A DNA stretch of 64,000 bases from an uncultured Gemmatimonadaceae bacterium (GCA_963829055.1 CAWHHI010000013.1:26478-90477); one strand, 5' to 3'; counted from the stretch's first letter, positions 40,831 through 51,100 are shown. Numbers and translations are program-made. The notes: a model not told the origin generated them from the sequence alone.

Positions 40831-42483
40831 CTATCCGAGCGCGTACTTGACGAACCGACGCAGGTCGAAGTCGCGTCCGCCTAACGCCTTGTTCGGCTCC
40901 CACTTCGGCCACAGGTTCCAGAACGAGTTCCGATCATCGAGCATCATCCCGGCGAACGTCTCGGCCACGATCGTCCCGCCGACGTCGCCGAGCTTGGGCG
41001 TATCGATCTTCTTGTCGCCGTCGGACGTGTGCACGGTCTCGGATTCCGGCTTCGTCCGGAAGCCGTGCGCAGCTTCCGCGAGCACATACGCCCAGAGCGG
41101 GCAGTTGTCCCTGAACCGCGGGAAGTCCTTGGCAATCGAGGGCAGGTCGGCGGCGTCATCCGATGAGCTGCCGATGAGAATCTCCTCGTTATGCAATGGC
41201 TCGACCCCCATCACGCGCGCGATCGACTGACCCGACGGCAGGCGCATGCGCCAGCCGCGAACGAGGTTTCGCGCCGCGAGCGACTTGAACGCGCCAGGAT
41301 TCGAGCCCGTCACGTTCGCCGGCAGGTTCGAGAGCGGATCGACGAGCGACGGATCGATCTTGTAGGCCAATTGCGTGCGCTTCGCCTGCGCGTCCGCGGC
41401 GTCGTCTTCCAAACCAGCGGGCCGCTTCTCGATATCGATGAACCGCGCCCAATCGATGGCCCACTGTGGATTCATCTCACGGAATCCGCGAAGATCATCG
41501 ACCGGCGCGACGCAGCCCTCGGGAAGCCGCGAGAGCGAGAAGATCGGGATCGACGCGACGCGGTCGTTCAGGCGATACCCGGGCCGCACCATGGAGTGGC
41601 CGAAGCGATACGCGGCGGCCGCGAACTCGAGCGGCATGAACGCCGAGTGCACCGGCTTGTAGTATCGCAGGCGCGGTGGCCTGTCGATGACGTTGCCCTT
41701 CCTCGACTCGAACAGATGCGGCAGGATGTCTTCCAGCACACGCCCCGAGACGACGCGCCGCAGAAAGTCGTGCGTGACGACCCACTGATAGTGGAAGCGC
41801 ACCTGCTGCTGCACCTGCTCGAACGTCAGCGATGGGTTGTCCTTCCGGAAGTTGTTGTGGAAGCGCAGCACGAGCCCCTGGAACTGCGACACGATCACGT
41901 TCTCGTCGTTCCGCGGGTCGCCGATCATCGCGCGCTGATTCGAGGCGCGCGCGAGGTCCTGCGCCTTCTGGATCGGCCTGCCTAACGCTTCGCCGCTGAG
42001 CGGCTTGCCGAGCAGCAGCTGCTTGTCGTCGCCGTAGAGGTACGGCTGATCGTCCGGCCCTCGCCCGTAGACGGAGTCCAGATCGAGCCGAGGCGTGCGG
42101 AAGTCGATGAGCGCGTCGGGGTCGTTCTGCCGCATCAAGCTGCTGCTCGGGTCGAACGTGATATCGTGGTCGATGAACTGGCCCAGGTACGTGTACGCTG
42201 ATGGAATGCCGCTCTCTTCGTCATCCGCGCCGTCTTTCGGGCAGTCCGGCTCGTGGATCATCGCCGCCGCGAGCGTCTCGAGCAGTTGCTCCGCTTCGGT
42301 GTCGTTGCTGCCGAAGTCGGCGGGGGCGAGCGCGCGGAAGATTCGACCGAAGCGGCCCTCGAACAGCCGGCTTCGCGTGTCCATGTCGATGCCGCGCGGA
42401 GGAATGCCGTGCGGTCGTACCATTGGCGGCTTGATGACCGCCTTGTTACGGATTTCGAGTCCCATGAATGCATGTCCTGGCAA
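40831..42483 (-). CDS. Heme peroxidase (peroxidase-cyclooxygenase superfamily); start may be up to ~60 bp downstream
   Basis: YTYLGQFIDHDIT, LDLDSVYG, IGDPRNDEN, AYRFGHSMVR, PLWAYVLAEA. Confidence 0.92.
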   Translation of the reverse strand: MPGHAFMGLEIRNKAVIKPPMVRPHGIPPRGIDMDTRSRLFEGRFGRIFRALAPADFGSNDTEAEQLLETLAAAMIHEPDCPKDGADDEESGIPSAYTYLGQFIDHDITFDPSSSLMRQNDPDALIDFRTPRLDLDSVYGRGPDDQPYLYGDDKQLLLGKPLSGEALGRPIQKAQDLARASNQRAMIGDPRNDENVIVSQFQGLVLRFHNNFRKDNPSLTFEQVQQQVRFHYQWVVTHDFLRRVVSGRVLEDILPHLFESRKGNVIDRPPRLRYYKPVHSAFMPLEFAAAAYRFGHSMVRPGYRLNDRVASIPIFSLSRLPEGCVAPVDDLRGFREMNPQWAIDWARFIDIEKRPAGLEDDAADAQAKRTQLAYKIDPSLVDPLSNLPANVTGSNPGAFKSLAARNLVRGWRMRLPSGQSIARVMGVEPLHNEEILIGSSSDDAADLPSIAKDFPRFRDNCPLWAYVLAEAAHGFRTKPESETVHTSDGDKKIDTPKLGDVGGTIVAETFAGMMLDDRNSFWNLWPKWEPNKALGGRDFDLRRFVKYALG

Positions 42484-42684
42484 GAGTCGCCCATCGGCTG
42501 TAACCAGCCGAGCGCCAGGCGGCGCACGAAATGCCGCCGCCTCGGCGAAGCAAGGAGGAACGGACGCGCTATGGTACGCCGGAAGGTGGTATCGGGCAAT
42601 GTCGGGAGCCTAACGGCGCAAACGCCCGAGCTTGCTTGCCGTTACAATCGAGTGCGCGCCGCACCTAACGCGTCTACCCGGACG

Positions 42685-43227
42685 TCAGGCTCGCTGCACC
42701 GCCGCGGCCGCCTCGCGAATCTGCGCCGTGTGGCGGCCTTCGTGTCCAGCGAGAAAGAGCAGCCACTGGTAGATATTCAGATCGCCGAGTCGTGGGTGCG
42801 GAAGTTGGACGCTGCTGAGCGCGAGACCATCGGCGGCGACGATCGCATCGCGCAGCACGCGGCGATGCTCCGCCAGCGCCTTCCACGCGGCCTCCGTGCT
42901 CAGTCCCGCAGTCGGCCGCGATGCCTCGCTCGCCGTCAGTGCGTTCGACCTGTCGAGCAACCGTGTCACGTCGAGCGTCGGCGTGACCGGACTTGTCTCG
43001 GTCTCCGGCCCGAGCCCCTCGGCGCGCGCTGCCGCGAGCTTCGTCACGAGCATCGGTGCGATACGGCCTTCGACCAACGAGAGATGCTCGAGGACCTCGG
43101 ACACCGACCACTGTTCGGAGCCTGGCCGAGTGCGTTGGAGTGACGCCGGAACCTGCGCGACTGCGTGTTCGAGCGCGGACCGGTAGCTATCGAGCACACT
43201 GAGAACTTCCTGGGTACGTGGATGCAT
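42685..43227 (-). CDS. DinB family protein
   Basis: WSVSEVLEHL, HPRLG, HEGRHTAQI. Confidence 0.88.
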   Translation of the reverse strand: MHPRTQEVLSVLDSYRSALEHAVAQVPASLQRTRPGSEQWSVSEVLEHLSLVEGRIAPMLVTKLAAARAEGLGPETETSPVTPTLDVTRLLDRSNALTASEASRPTAGLSTEAAWKALAEHRRVLRDAIVAADGLALSSVQLPHPRLGDLNIYQWLLFLAGHEGRHTAQIREAAAAVQRA

Positions 43228-43304
43228 GCGAGAACCTCTCGAGATGTGGCGCGACGATCGCTCGTGGTCGAGTCTAATCGCGGCGGAGCGAACGGCCAAC
43301 GCCA

Positions 43305-43530
43305 TGTCATCCCGTGTCATCCCGAGCGTCAGCCGTGTCATCCCGAGCGTCAGCTTTGTCATCCCGAGCGGCAGCGAGGGATCTTCTCGACCGTCATTGT
43401 AGCTCGGCCAGCTACGATGAACCGTACAGAAGATCCCTCGCTGACGCTCGGGATGACACCGCTGTTTCTCCGCCTCCGCCGTCCGCCATCCGCCCTCCGC
43501 CTTCCTAAGGCCTCCTTCCTCCGGCCTCGC
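43305..43530. repeat. R1 palindrome with four left-end copies, then a CTCCGCC-type tract
   Basis: (TGTCATCCCG..)x4 ... AGATCCCTCGCTGACGCTCGGGATGAC. Confidence 0.88.
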
Positions 43531-43534
43531 CCAT

Positions 43535-43951
43535 TCAGTCGACGAACACGATCCGCGAGCGATCGTCCGCGTTATCGAGGATCAGCCGCCCACGATCCAG
43601 CACGATCACGAGCCGCGCGCAGCCAGGATCGGGCTGCGTGAAGTAGACACGCGAGATGCGGCGCCCCATGACGTTGAATCGCTCGGTCAAGTCCGTCAGG
43701 CGATACTCGAATGCAGGTTCGCCACCCGTCACCTGCTCGGGCGCGCCCGTCCGCCAGAAGAACACGCCAGCATCGAAGAAGAACCGCACCCACGTTCCGC
43801 CTTTCACCTCGAGGAACACCACGTTCACGAGGTCCGACGGCACGCCGTGATGCCAGAATTCCTGCGCGACCATGCCGCGGCACTCGCGCCCCTCGAGCAT
43901 GCGCACAAACTCGTCGGGTTCGTTCATGCCAGACGGCGCGACGGGCGTCAT
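43535..43951 (-). CDS. Hypothetical protein
   Basis: 138 aa ORF overlapping the upstream peptidase stop by 4 bp; protein-like composition. Confidence 0.65.
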   Translation of the reverse strand: MTPVAPSGMNEPDEFVRMLEGRECRGMVAQEFWHHGVPSDLVNVVFLEVKGGTWVRFFFDAGVFFWRTGAPEQVTGGEPAFEYRLTDLTERFNVMGRRISRVYFTQPDPGCARLVIVLDRGRLILDNADDRSRIVFVD

Positions 43952-46389
43952 TGCACCACGGACGGTGAGACCGGCTCGAGCAAAGCGTTGAAGAACATCT
44001 TGAACGTCCCGTACGATTGCCCACGATAGAGCGGGCGGAAGCCGAACATCGTCACCCGGCCCTTGCCTAACGCGATATCCGCTGCCGCCGCCTTTCCCGC
44101 GAGCTTCGCCGGCCCCTGCAGGAATCCACTCAGCAGGATCGACTCGGGGCGATCCGGATATCGGGCGATGACGCGCGCCTGCGAGCCAGCCGGCAGTTCG
44201 AGCGACGTCGAGTTCACGAAGTAGATGGCGGACGAATCACTCATCCCTCGGCCCACCGGATGCGTACCGTCGACCACCACGCGCAGAATCGAGCCCGGCG
44301 CGTAGATCTGTTCCGCGTCGGCCGCGGCATTGCGATTGCCCCCGCCACCTCCAGCGCGCACGAGCTTCACATCGACGCCGAGCGCGGCAGGCGCGAGCTC
44401 GGTCGCGCCGTCGATCAGCACGAGATGACCGCCGTCCTCGGCGAACTGCTTGAGCGCCGCGAGCCCCTCCGCGCCGATGCCACCAGCGTACTGGGGCGGC
44501 ACCTGGGCATCCGTCATCCCGTCGCGCACTTCGCGGAGCGACAGGTCGGGGATGACGATGACATCGAATTTCTTTCGTAGACCGCCGGCGCGCGCCACCG
44601 AATCGCCGAACGAGATGTACGGGAACTTGAAGTCGTCCATCACCCACCGGGTCCAACCCTCGTCCATGCTCGCCGTCCACGACTTGTACAGGCCCACGCG
44701 TGGCTGGCGCGTTAGGCACGCGTACTGCCGCGTGTCGCGAGCGACGGCGGCGTCCGTGAGCGTCGATCCGGCGCGAGGGGTACAGCGCGTGCGCGGCGTC
44801 GCATCGGTCACGGGCGTCGTCTCCACCGAGAGCGGCTGATCGATCTGCACCGCGGTCACGCCCATCTGGAGCGGCAACGTCCAGCCGGCGACGTCGTACG
44901 GCCGCTCCGGCGGACCGCCCGGGTACTGCTCCATGCGCGGGAACCGCTGCACCTCCAGCAGGTCCTTCGCGTGGGCCCGGTATGGCTGATTCATCCGCAC
45001 GACGTACGACCCGGCGCCGTACGTGGTACCACCGGCCGAGAATGACGTCTTTGCCTGACCGACTTCCACGCGTCCGACGCGAAGCACGTCCACCAGGCGC
45101 TCGACGGCGCCGGCGTCGGCCTGCCCCGCGGGAATGACGAACGCATACGGCGGCTTCGACCCCGCCTCGATGGCGCGACGTCCCATCGCGACGAAGCTCC
45201 GCACGTAGTCCTCCCGCTGCTCGGACGCGAGCCTAACGAGCGACTCGGCCGCAATGAGCTCGTACTCGATGATGTCGCGCAGATGCCATTCACCGCCCGG
45301 CCACGGGTTCGGGAAGTTGATCCGTCGCTCGTACTTGGGCAGACCACGGGCGTGACCGCGCAACTGCGACGTGTCCTGCACGATCGGCGTCGCGATGCGA
45401 ACGCTCGCCGCCTCCGTGATGACACCGACCATGTTGTGCCGAGTGGGCGTGGAGCGCGCGCCGCCGTGCCACCAGAGGTCGTAGATCACACTGTTCGCCA
45501 CGCCGCTCTTCCCGCGCTCCTCGAGCGCGAACGCCATCTCCGCGCCGACGTGCGCGATGCCGCGCACGATCATCGGGTCGAGGTTCGGGTTCACGGGATC
45601 GACGAGCGGCGGCACGAAGATGCGCGCGCCCTCGGCGCCCATCTGATGGACGTCGTAGAAGATCTCGGGGAACCACGCGCCGTACAGATAGTCCGTCACG
45701 AGACGCGTTTCCTTCTGCGTCACCATGAACCAGTCGCGATTGTTGTCGTGCCCGACGTACGGATGGTAGAGCCACGGGATAGGTCCGCCCTCCCACTTCG
45801 TACCGAGGTTCTTGCGGTACCACTCGGTGATCATGCGCTGACCGTCGGGGTTCATCGACGGCGCGATGAGCACGATCTCCTTCGCGAGGTAGCGCTGGAG
45901 CGTGTCGTTCGTCACGAGGCGATAGGCCAGCTCCATGGCCATCTGCGATCCGCCGATCTCCGATCCGTGGATGTTGTTGGAGATGAAGATGACGCTCGGT
46001 TGCGCCGCGACGAGCCGGCGTTCCTCGTCGGGCGTTAGGCGGCGCGGGTCCGCGAGCTTGGCCTGGGCTGCGCGAAACTCGGACAGACGCGCGATGTTCG
46101 CCGGCGTCGAGACCGCTGCGACGATGAACGGCTGCCCGTTGGTCGTGGGCCCGAGGGTGTCAATGTGGACGGCACGGGAGACCGTCGCGAGCCGCTGGAA
46201 GTAGCCGGTGATCTGTCCCCAGTCGGCGAGCGTGCGATCAGCGCCGACGGTGAAGCCGAGGTGCTGGCTTGGCGTCGGGACGGCTGCGCTCCGCGCGGGA
46301 ACCGGCGCGGGGGTTTGCGCGCGAACGACCATGGGCGACAGCGCGGTGATGCAGACAGCGACGGCTCGGCGGGTGCGCATGACGTTCAC
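43948..46389 (-). CDS. M14 zinc carboxypeptidase family protein, exported
   Basis: IHGSE, NPDG, HDNNRDW, DVHQMG, YDVAGWTLP, DEGWTRW. Confidence 0.92.
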   Translation of the reverse strand: MNVMRTRRAVAVCITALSPMVVRAQTPAPVPARSAAVPTPSQHLGFTVGADRTLADWGQITGYFQRLATVSRAVHIDTLGPTTNGQPFIVAAVSTPANIARLSEFRAAQAKLADPRRLTPDEERRLVAAQPSVIFISNNIHGSEIGGSQMAMELAYRLVTNDTLQRYLAKEIVLIAPSMNPDGQRMITEWYRKNLGTKWEGGPIPWLYHPYVGHDNNRDWFMVTQKETRLVTDYLYGAWFPEIFYDVHQMGAEGARIFVPPLVDPVNPNLDPMIVRGIAHVGAEMAFALEERGKSGVANSVIYDLWWHGGARSTPTRHNMVGVITEAASVRIATPIVQDTSQLRGHARGLPKYERRINFPNPWPGGEWHLRDIIEYELIAAESLVRLASEQREDYVRSFVAMGRRAIEAGSKPPYAFVIPAGQADAGAVERLVDVLRVGRVEVGQAKTSFSAGGTTYGAGSYVVRMNQPYRAHAKDLLEVQRFPRMEQYPGGPPERPYDVAGWTLPLQMGVTAVQIDQPLSVETTPVTDATPRTRCTPRAGSTLTDAAVARDTRQYACLTRQPRVGLYKSWTASMDEGWTRWVMDDFKFPYISFGDSVARAGGLRKKFDVIVIPDLSLREVRDGMTDAQVPPQYAGGIGAEGLAALKQFAEDGGHLVLIDGATELAPAALGVDVKLVRAGGGGGNRNAAADAEQIYAPGSILRVVVDGTHPVGRGMSDSSAIYFVNSTSLELPAGSQARVIARYPDRPESILLSGFLQGPAKLAGKAAAADIALGKGRVTMFGFRPLYRGQSYGTFKMFFNALLEPVSPSVVQ

Positions 46390-46464
46390 GGGTCCGGTCG
46401 TAGGTGACCGATCTTGGTTCCCGTGCGGATACCTCGCAAGCGTGCCGGGAGTGCCCCCGCGGTT

Positions 46465-46564
46465 GGGTCAGACTCGAGTCTGACCCCAGCGTTCAAACGC
46501 ACCGAGCCTGCGGTGGAACGCCCCAATTCGGAGTCAGACTCGAGTCTGACTCGAGTCTGACTCC
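46465..46564. repeat. Pair of perfect palindromes built on GTCAGACTCGAGTCTGAC
   Basis: 46465-46486 GGGTCAGACTCGAGTCTGACCC; 46530-46564 has an extra half unit. Confidence 0.9.
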
Positions 46565-46593
46565 AAGTCCCAAGTCCCGTCTAATGGGCAGCT

Positions 46594-47691
46594 CTACCGC
46601 GCGGCCAGGCGGGCCTTCTTTGTCACTGGCGCGCGGGCCACGAAGGAGCGGTGCTCCACCCAGCCCTGCAGTCCCTTCGCCTTGACCCGCCGCCATTCGC
46701 CCCGCGATTCACCGAGTTGCACACGGGTGTTGGGGCCGATCGACGCGATGATCCGGGAGCGGCGATTGGGGTCTGCGCGCACGACCACCCAGCTTCGCGC
46801 GACAGTCGTCGTCCAACGCCCTGGCTTGCTCGATCGCGCCGACGCCTTCGGCGCTGCCGCCACTTTCGGTGCGGCCTTGGCCGGGGCGCGAACGTCAGCA
46901 CGCGCCGTCGCGCGAGCGGGCGGCTTGGGAGCCGGGCGCGTCGACGCACGAGCGGCAGCGGGACTGGGAGCGGGAGCGCGAACGACGTCACGCGTAGTCG
47001 TTGGCGCTGCCCGTACAGGCGCGCGAGCGACCGCCACCACCTCTGGCGCCGAGTCGGCGGCGGTGGGCTCGGGCTCTGCGATGGTGCCCGCCGACTGCAC
47101 AGACACGATCGAATCCTGCGTGGCAACCCCAGCGAGCATCGGCAACACGGTGCTGTCCGCCGCTACGATACTCATCGGGATGTCCCGAACCATCGTATCG
47201 GCTGTACCAATGGCGTTGGTGTCGATCGCGTTCGCGGCCCTGCCACTCGTGTCGACGCCGTTCGCGCTCGCGAGCGTCTGCAGCGCACGCGCCGAGTCGG
47301 GCGACAGCGCAGTCGATTCAGGCTTGAGGAGGTCCTGCAACCTCGAGGCTTTCGCGGCCGTCGCGGGCTTGTCGTCGTGGACCATCCACGCGCCCCACGC
47401 CATCCCGACGAACGCGACGATGCCGACGCCCTTCCACATGCGCGCGCCGATGGGTGCGCGCTCGGGCATCGTGCCGCACCACTTGCACGAGCCGATGCTC
47501 GCCGGGTAGTCCGAGTCACATGCCGAGCAATGCGATAGCGGCAACAGATCGCCGAATCCGTCGCGCACGGCGAACGGATGCCCGCACTTCGGACATTGGG
47601 ACGCGGCCATCAGCGCCTTGGTGCCACAGTCATCGCAACGTACGGAGCGCATTCGGACCACCTCGTTGAGGGCGCTCGACTGCTCTGCCAC
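46594..47691 (-). CDS. Zinc-ribbon / TM / low-complexity linker / SH3b domain protein
   Basis: CDDC, CPKC, CSAC, CKWC; one TM segment; Ala/Pro linker; VRADP...GEWRRV...GWVE. Confidence 0.75.
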   Translation of the reverse strand: MAEQSSALNEVVRMRSVRCDDCGTKALMAASQCPKCGHPFAVRDGFGDLLPLSHCSACDSDYPASIGSCKWCGTMPERAPIGARMWKGVGIVAFVGMAWGAWMVHDDKPATAAKASRLQDLLKPESTALSPDSARALQTLASANGVDTSGRAANAIDTNAIGTADTMVRDIPMSIVAADSTVLPMLAGVATQDSIVSVQSAGTIAEPEPTAADSAPEVVAVARAPVRAAPTTTRDVVRAPAPSPAAARASTRPAPKPPARATARADVRAPAKAAPKVAAAPKASARSSKPGRWTTTVARSWVVVRADPNRRSRIIASIGPNTRVQLGESRGEWRRVKAKGLQGWVEHRSFVARAPVTKKARLAAR

Positions 47692-47875
47692 GTTCGGCGG
47701 TCTGTCCGGCGGGGCAGCAACCTACATCTTTGACACCTTCAGCGGCGCCAGCGGCGATACCAGTTTTCCCAGCCCATCCATGACTCGGCGCTGCGACTCG
47801 GCGCTGCGCCGTCGATCACTCGGTACGCGTGGCAGGTCCAGTACTACCGTCGTACCTCCTAAAGGTTGCCGACGT

Positions 47876-48050
47876 TGCCATTCCGAGCGAGCACCGGCGA
47901 GTCGACGAATCGCACGCATATTGGTCGACGGGCCAGTCCCTCTATCGGGAAGGTCGCGCTTCGTCATCTGCCCACATTCCGTAGGCTCCCGCCCACCCGC
48001 GGTGGCACCCGCGCGCCTTCGCCGCTACGCTCGGAATGACTCGGAATGAC
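47876..48050. repeat. Degenerate R2 element
   Basis: GCCATTCCGAGCG..AGTCGACGAATC ... GCTCGGAATGACTCGGAATGAC. Confidence 0.65.
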
Positions 48051-48054
48051 ATAG

Positions 48055-49671
48055 TCACCTCGCGCGACGCGGGGCCGGTGTCTCAGAGTAACTCCGGCGC
48101 GCTTTCCCGCAAGTCGGCCACGCCCGCGGATTGCCGTTAGGCAGCGCCGGAAGCGTGGAAAGATCGCGCGACGTGCGCTCCGGATCCTCCGACGCCGCGT
48201 ACGCCAGCATCGCCGCCATCGTCGCGTTGTTCTTGAGATCGTCGAACACGATCTTGTCGTACGTGTCCCGGTTCGTGTGCCACGTATACTGGCGATACTC
48301 CGAGTAGCTCGACTGTAGGCGGAACGCCGGCGCCGGACGACACAGGAACGACGTGTGATCACTGCCTGAGTTCGCCTGCGGACCCGGCAGCTGCAGCCGC
48401 ACGCTATCCGTCATCTCCGCCGGCAGTTGCGCGACCCACTTCGCCAGGTTCGCGCTCGCCTTGAGGAAGCCCTGCCCCTCGAGGATCTCCACCCGCCACG
48501 TGCCGTTGTCCTGGTTGAACGCCACCTGCAACCCGCTGATCACCTCCGGATGATCCTCGGCGAACGCCAGCGAGCCGATGGTCCCCTGCTCCTCACCACC
48601 CCAGTGCCCGGCGATGATCGTGCGGCGCGGGTTCGGGTACGTCTCCTTCAGGATCCGCATCGCCTCGAGCATGGTCAGCGTGCCGGTGCCGTTGTCGGTC
48701 GCGCCGGTCGCCCCATGCCAACTGTCGAGGTGGGCCGACAGGAGCACGTATTCGTTAGGCAGCTCCTTGCCCTCGATCCGGGCGACGACGTCGAACATCG
48801 GCACCTCGGCCGGCGTCGCCTGCGATTCGGCCGTGAGGCGAACGCGCGGGCCCCACTTGTTCGTCGCGAGCCTGTGTAGCAGCCCGTAGTCCTCGCACGA
48901 GATGTCCACCGTCGGCGCACGCTCGGCGTTCGCGCCAAAGATCTTGTCCACGCCCCAGCCACCCGACCACGTCAGCGTCCCGATCCCGATCACGCCCGCC
49001 GAGTCGAGGCGCATCTGCACCACTCGATCGAGCGCCTGGACCGGTGTGTTCGCCGGCGCGAAGGGGCGGAGGCGAGCCGCTGCAATCCGTAGCGCCTCGA
49101 CGCGCTGGGCGTTGATCTTCGTCACTGTCGCCGCCCGCGCGAACCGCTCGAGCTCCTGCGGCGCGCGACACATGATCTGGGGCGCCGACACCAGCACGAA
49201 TTTCCCGCGCACGGTACCCAGCCACTGTTTGACTGCGGCAGAGTCGGCGAGCTCGGGGATGACGACCACCTCGCCTTCGACGGGTCCGTTCTTCGGCGTG
49301 GGCGGACTCCACGCGAGCAGCTCGACCTCCAGGTTCTGCACCCGGGGCGCGGTCATCTCCATGTGGACGGTCCCCTGCTTCCACCCGCGCCACGTACCGT
49401 ACTGCTCGCGCTTCGCGGTAATGCCGAACGCCTTGTACTGGTTCTCGATCCAGTCGACGGCGGCGGCGAAGCCCGGAGTCCCGGAGAGTCGGGGCCCGAT
49501 GGAGTCGATGAGGACCTGGGCCATGGCCTCGGTCTTCGACTGCTCGATGCCGGCCGTCCACATCTTCCGGATGACGGAGTCCGCGGAGCGGAACGTCTGC
49601 GCTGCGGCTGTGGCTGGCTGAGCAGCGAGCGTGACGGCTGCGATGAGCGCGAAGCGATTCAGGTAGCGCAT
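48055..49671 (-). CDS. M28/M20-clan metallopeptidase, exported
   Basis: DSIGPRLSG, AHLDSW, GATDNGTG, GEEQG, SDH, WHTNRDTYD. Confidence 0.92.
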   Translation of the reverse strand: MRYLNRFALIAAVTLAAQPATAAAQTFRSADSVIRKMWTAGIEQSKTEAMAQVLIDSIGPRLSGTPGFAAAVDWIENQYKAFGITAKREQYGTWRGWKQGTVHMEMTAPRVQNLEVELLAWSPPTPKNGPVEGEVVVIPELADSAAVKQWLGTVRGKFVLVSAPQIMCRAPQELERFARAATVTKINAQRVEALRIAAARLRPFAPANTPVQALDRVVQMRLDSAGVIGIGTLTWSGGWGVDKIFGANAERAPTVDISCEDYGLLHRLATNKWGPRVRLTAESQATPAEVPMFDVVARIEGKELPNEYVLLSAHLDSWHGATGATDNGTGTLTMLEAMRILKETYPNPRRTIIAGHWGGEEQGTIGSLAFAEDHPEVISGLQVAFNQDNGTWRVEILEGQGFLKASANLAKWVAQLPAEMTDSVRLQLPGPQANSGSDHTSFLCRPAPAFRLQSSYSEYRQYTWHTNRDTYDKIVFDDLKNNATMAAMLAYAASEDPERTSRDLSTLPALPNGNPRAWPTCGKARRSYSETPAPRRAR

Positions 49672-49865
49672 GCTGGGTGGAATGGAGTTCTGGGTGAGCC
49701 CGGCGTCTATCGTAAGTAACCACAGGGCTTCGCGCTACACGAGAGCCCGAGCCTAACGTGGCGCGATCGACTGGCGGGGACGGCCGGCGCGCTGCATCGT
49801 GGAGGCGACGCTCGCTTCGTCCCATCGCGCGAACGATTATCCGCCTCCCCGCCCAGCGATCTCCA

Positions 49866-50860
49866 TGAAGACGCTCATTCTGACCCTCGCGCTCGTCCCA
49901 TCACTCCTGGCCGCGCAGTCGCAGCCCGTTCCGGTGACCACCGCGAAACCCGGCTGGCAGTGGACGCTGGACAGCGCGATGACCGTCGTGAACACGGTGC
50001 GCGCGGGCCGCTCGCTCCAACCCGCCGCCTGGCCGAACGGCGCGAAAGTGGCCGTCGCGCTGTCGTTCGACGTCGACAACGAGACCATCGCCCTCCGCTT
50101 CGGTGAGCCGAACGCCGGGTCGCTGTCAATGGGTCAGTACGGGTCGCGGCAGGGCCTGCGGCGCGTCGTCCAGCTGCTCGACAAGAATCGCATTCCGGCC
50201 ACGTTCTTCATTCCGTCCGTGAGCCTCCAGATCGCCCCGGAGATGGCCGGCGTGATCAAGAAGAGCGGGCGCCACGAGTTCGGCGTGCACGGGTGGATCC
50301 ACGAGATGAACACGAGCCTTCCCGATTCCGCGGAGAGGGCCTTGCTCACGAAGGCGTTGGCGGACCTGACGCGGCTCACGGGCACGAAGCCCACGGGGTA
50401 CCGCGCGCCGAGCTGGAACTTCAGCCCCAATACGCTGTCGATCCTGCGCGACCTGGGCTTCCGCTACGAGAGCTCGCTCATGGCGGACGAGAGTCCGTAC
50501 GAGCTGCTGCAGAACGGAGCGCCGACGGGGATGGTCGAGCTGCCGGTGGAGTGGATCATGGACGACGCGCCGCTCTTCGACCCGCGGGGCGAGCGCTACA
50601 GCCCGCCGCGCGAGGTCGCGCAGGTCTGGATGGACGAATTCGACAAGGCGTACGAAGAAGGCACGATGTTCCTGCTCACGATGCACCCGCACATCTCGGG
50701 GCATCGCTCGCGCATCGTGGCGCTCGAGCAGCTCATCGCGCACATCCAGGCCAAGGCGGGAGGCAAGGTCTGGTTCGCGACCCATGGCGAGATCGCCGAG
50801 TACGTACGGAAAACGGCGAAGCTCGGTGAGCCGAAGGCTCGCGGCGGGCCGACGAGCTAG
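49866..50860 (+). CDS. Polysaccharide deacetylase family protein with signal peptide
   Basis: SFDVD, ATFFIP, HGWIHE, GYRAPSW, TMHPH. Confidence 0.9.
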
Positions 50861-50900
50861 TCGCTCACGTTAGGTCGCGACCGGTATCATCTCGGCGTCT

Positions 50901-51070
50901 TGGCCAGTACTGAGCACTTCAGTTCTTAGGAGGAGGTTTCAGGCATCAGGGTGAGCACGGCGGTCACGGTCTCTGCCGTCGTTCTGCCATTGCGCACCAA
51001 CTCCGTGTCGACGCGGACCTGATGCCTGAAACCTCACCCTGAGTAGTTGCTGACGACTTGGTACTGGCCA
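50901..51070. repeat. R4 long-hairpin element copy C
   Basis: TGGCCAGTAC..GAGGTTTCAGGCATCAGG..CCTGATGCCTGAAACCTC..GTACTGGCCA. Confidence 0.88.
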
Positions 51071-51100
51071 TGCCCTGCCGGATGCCATGACCAAGCCAGC

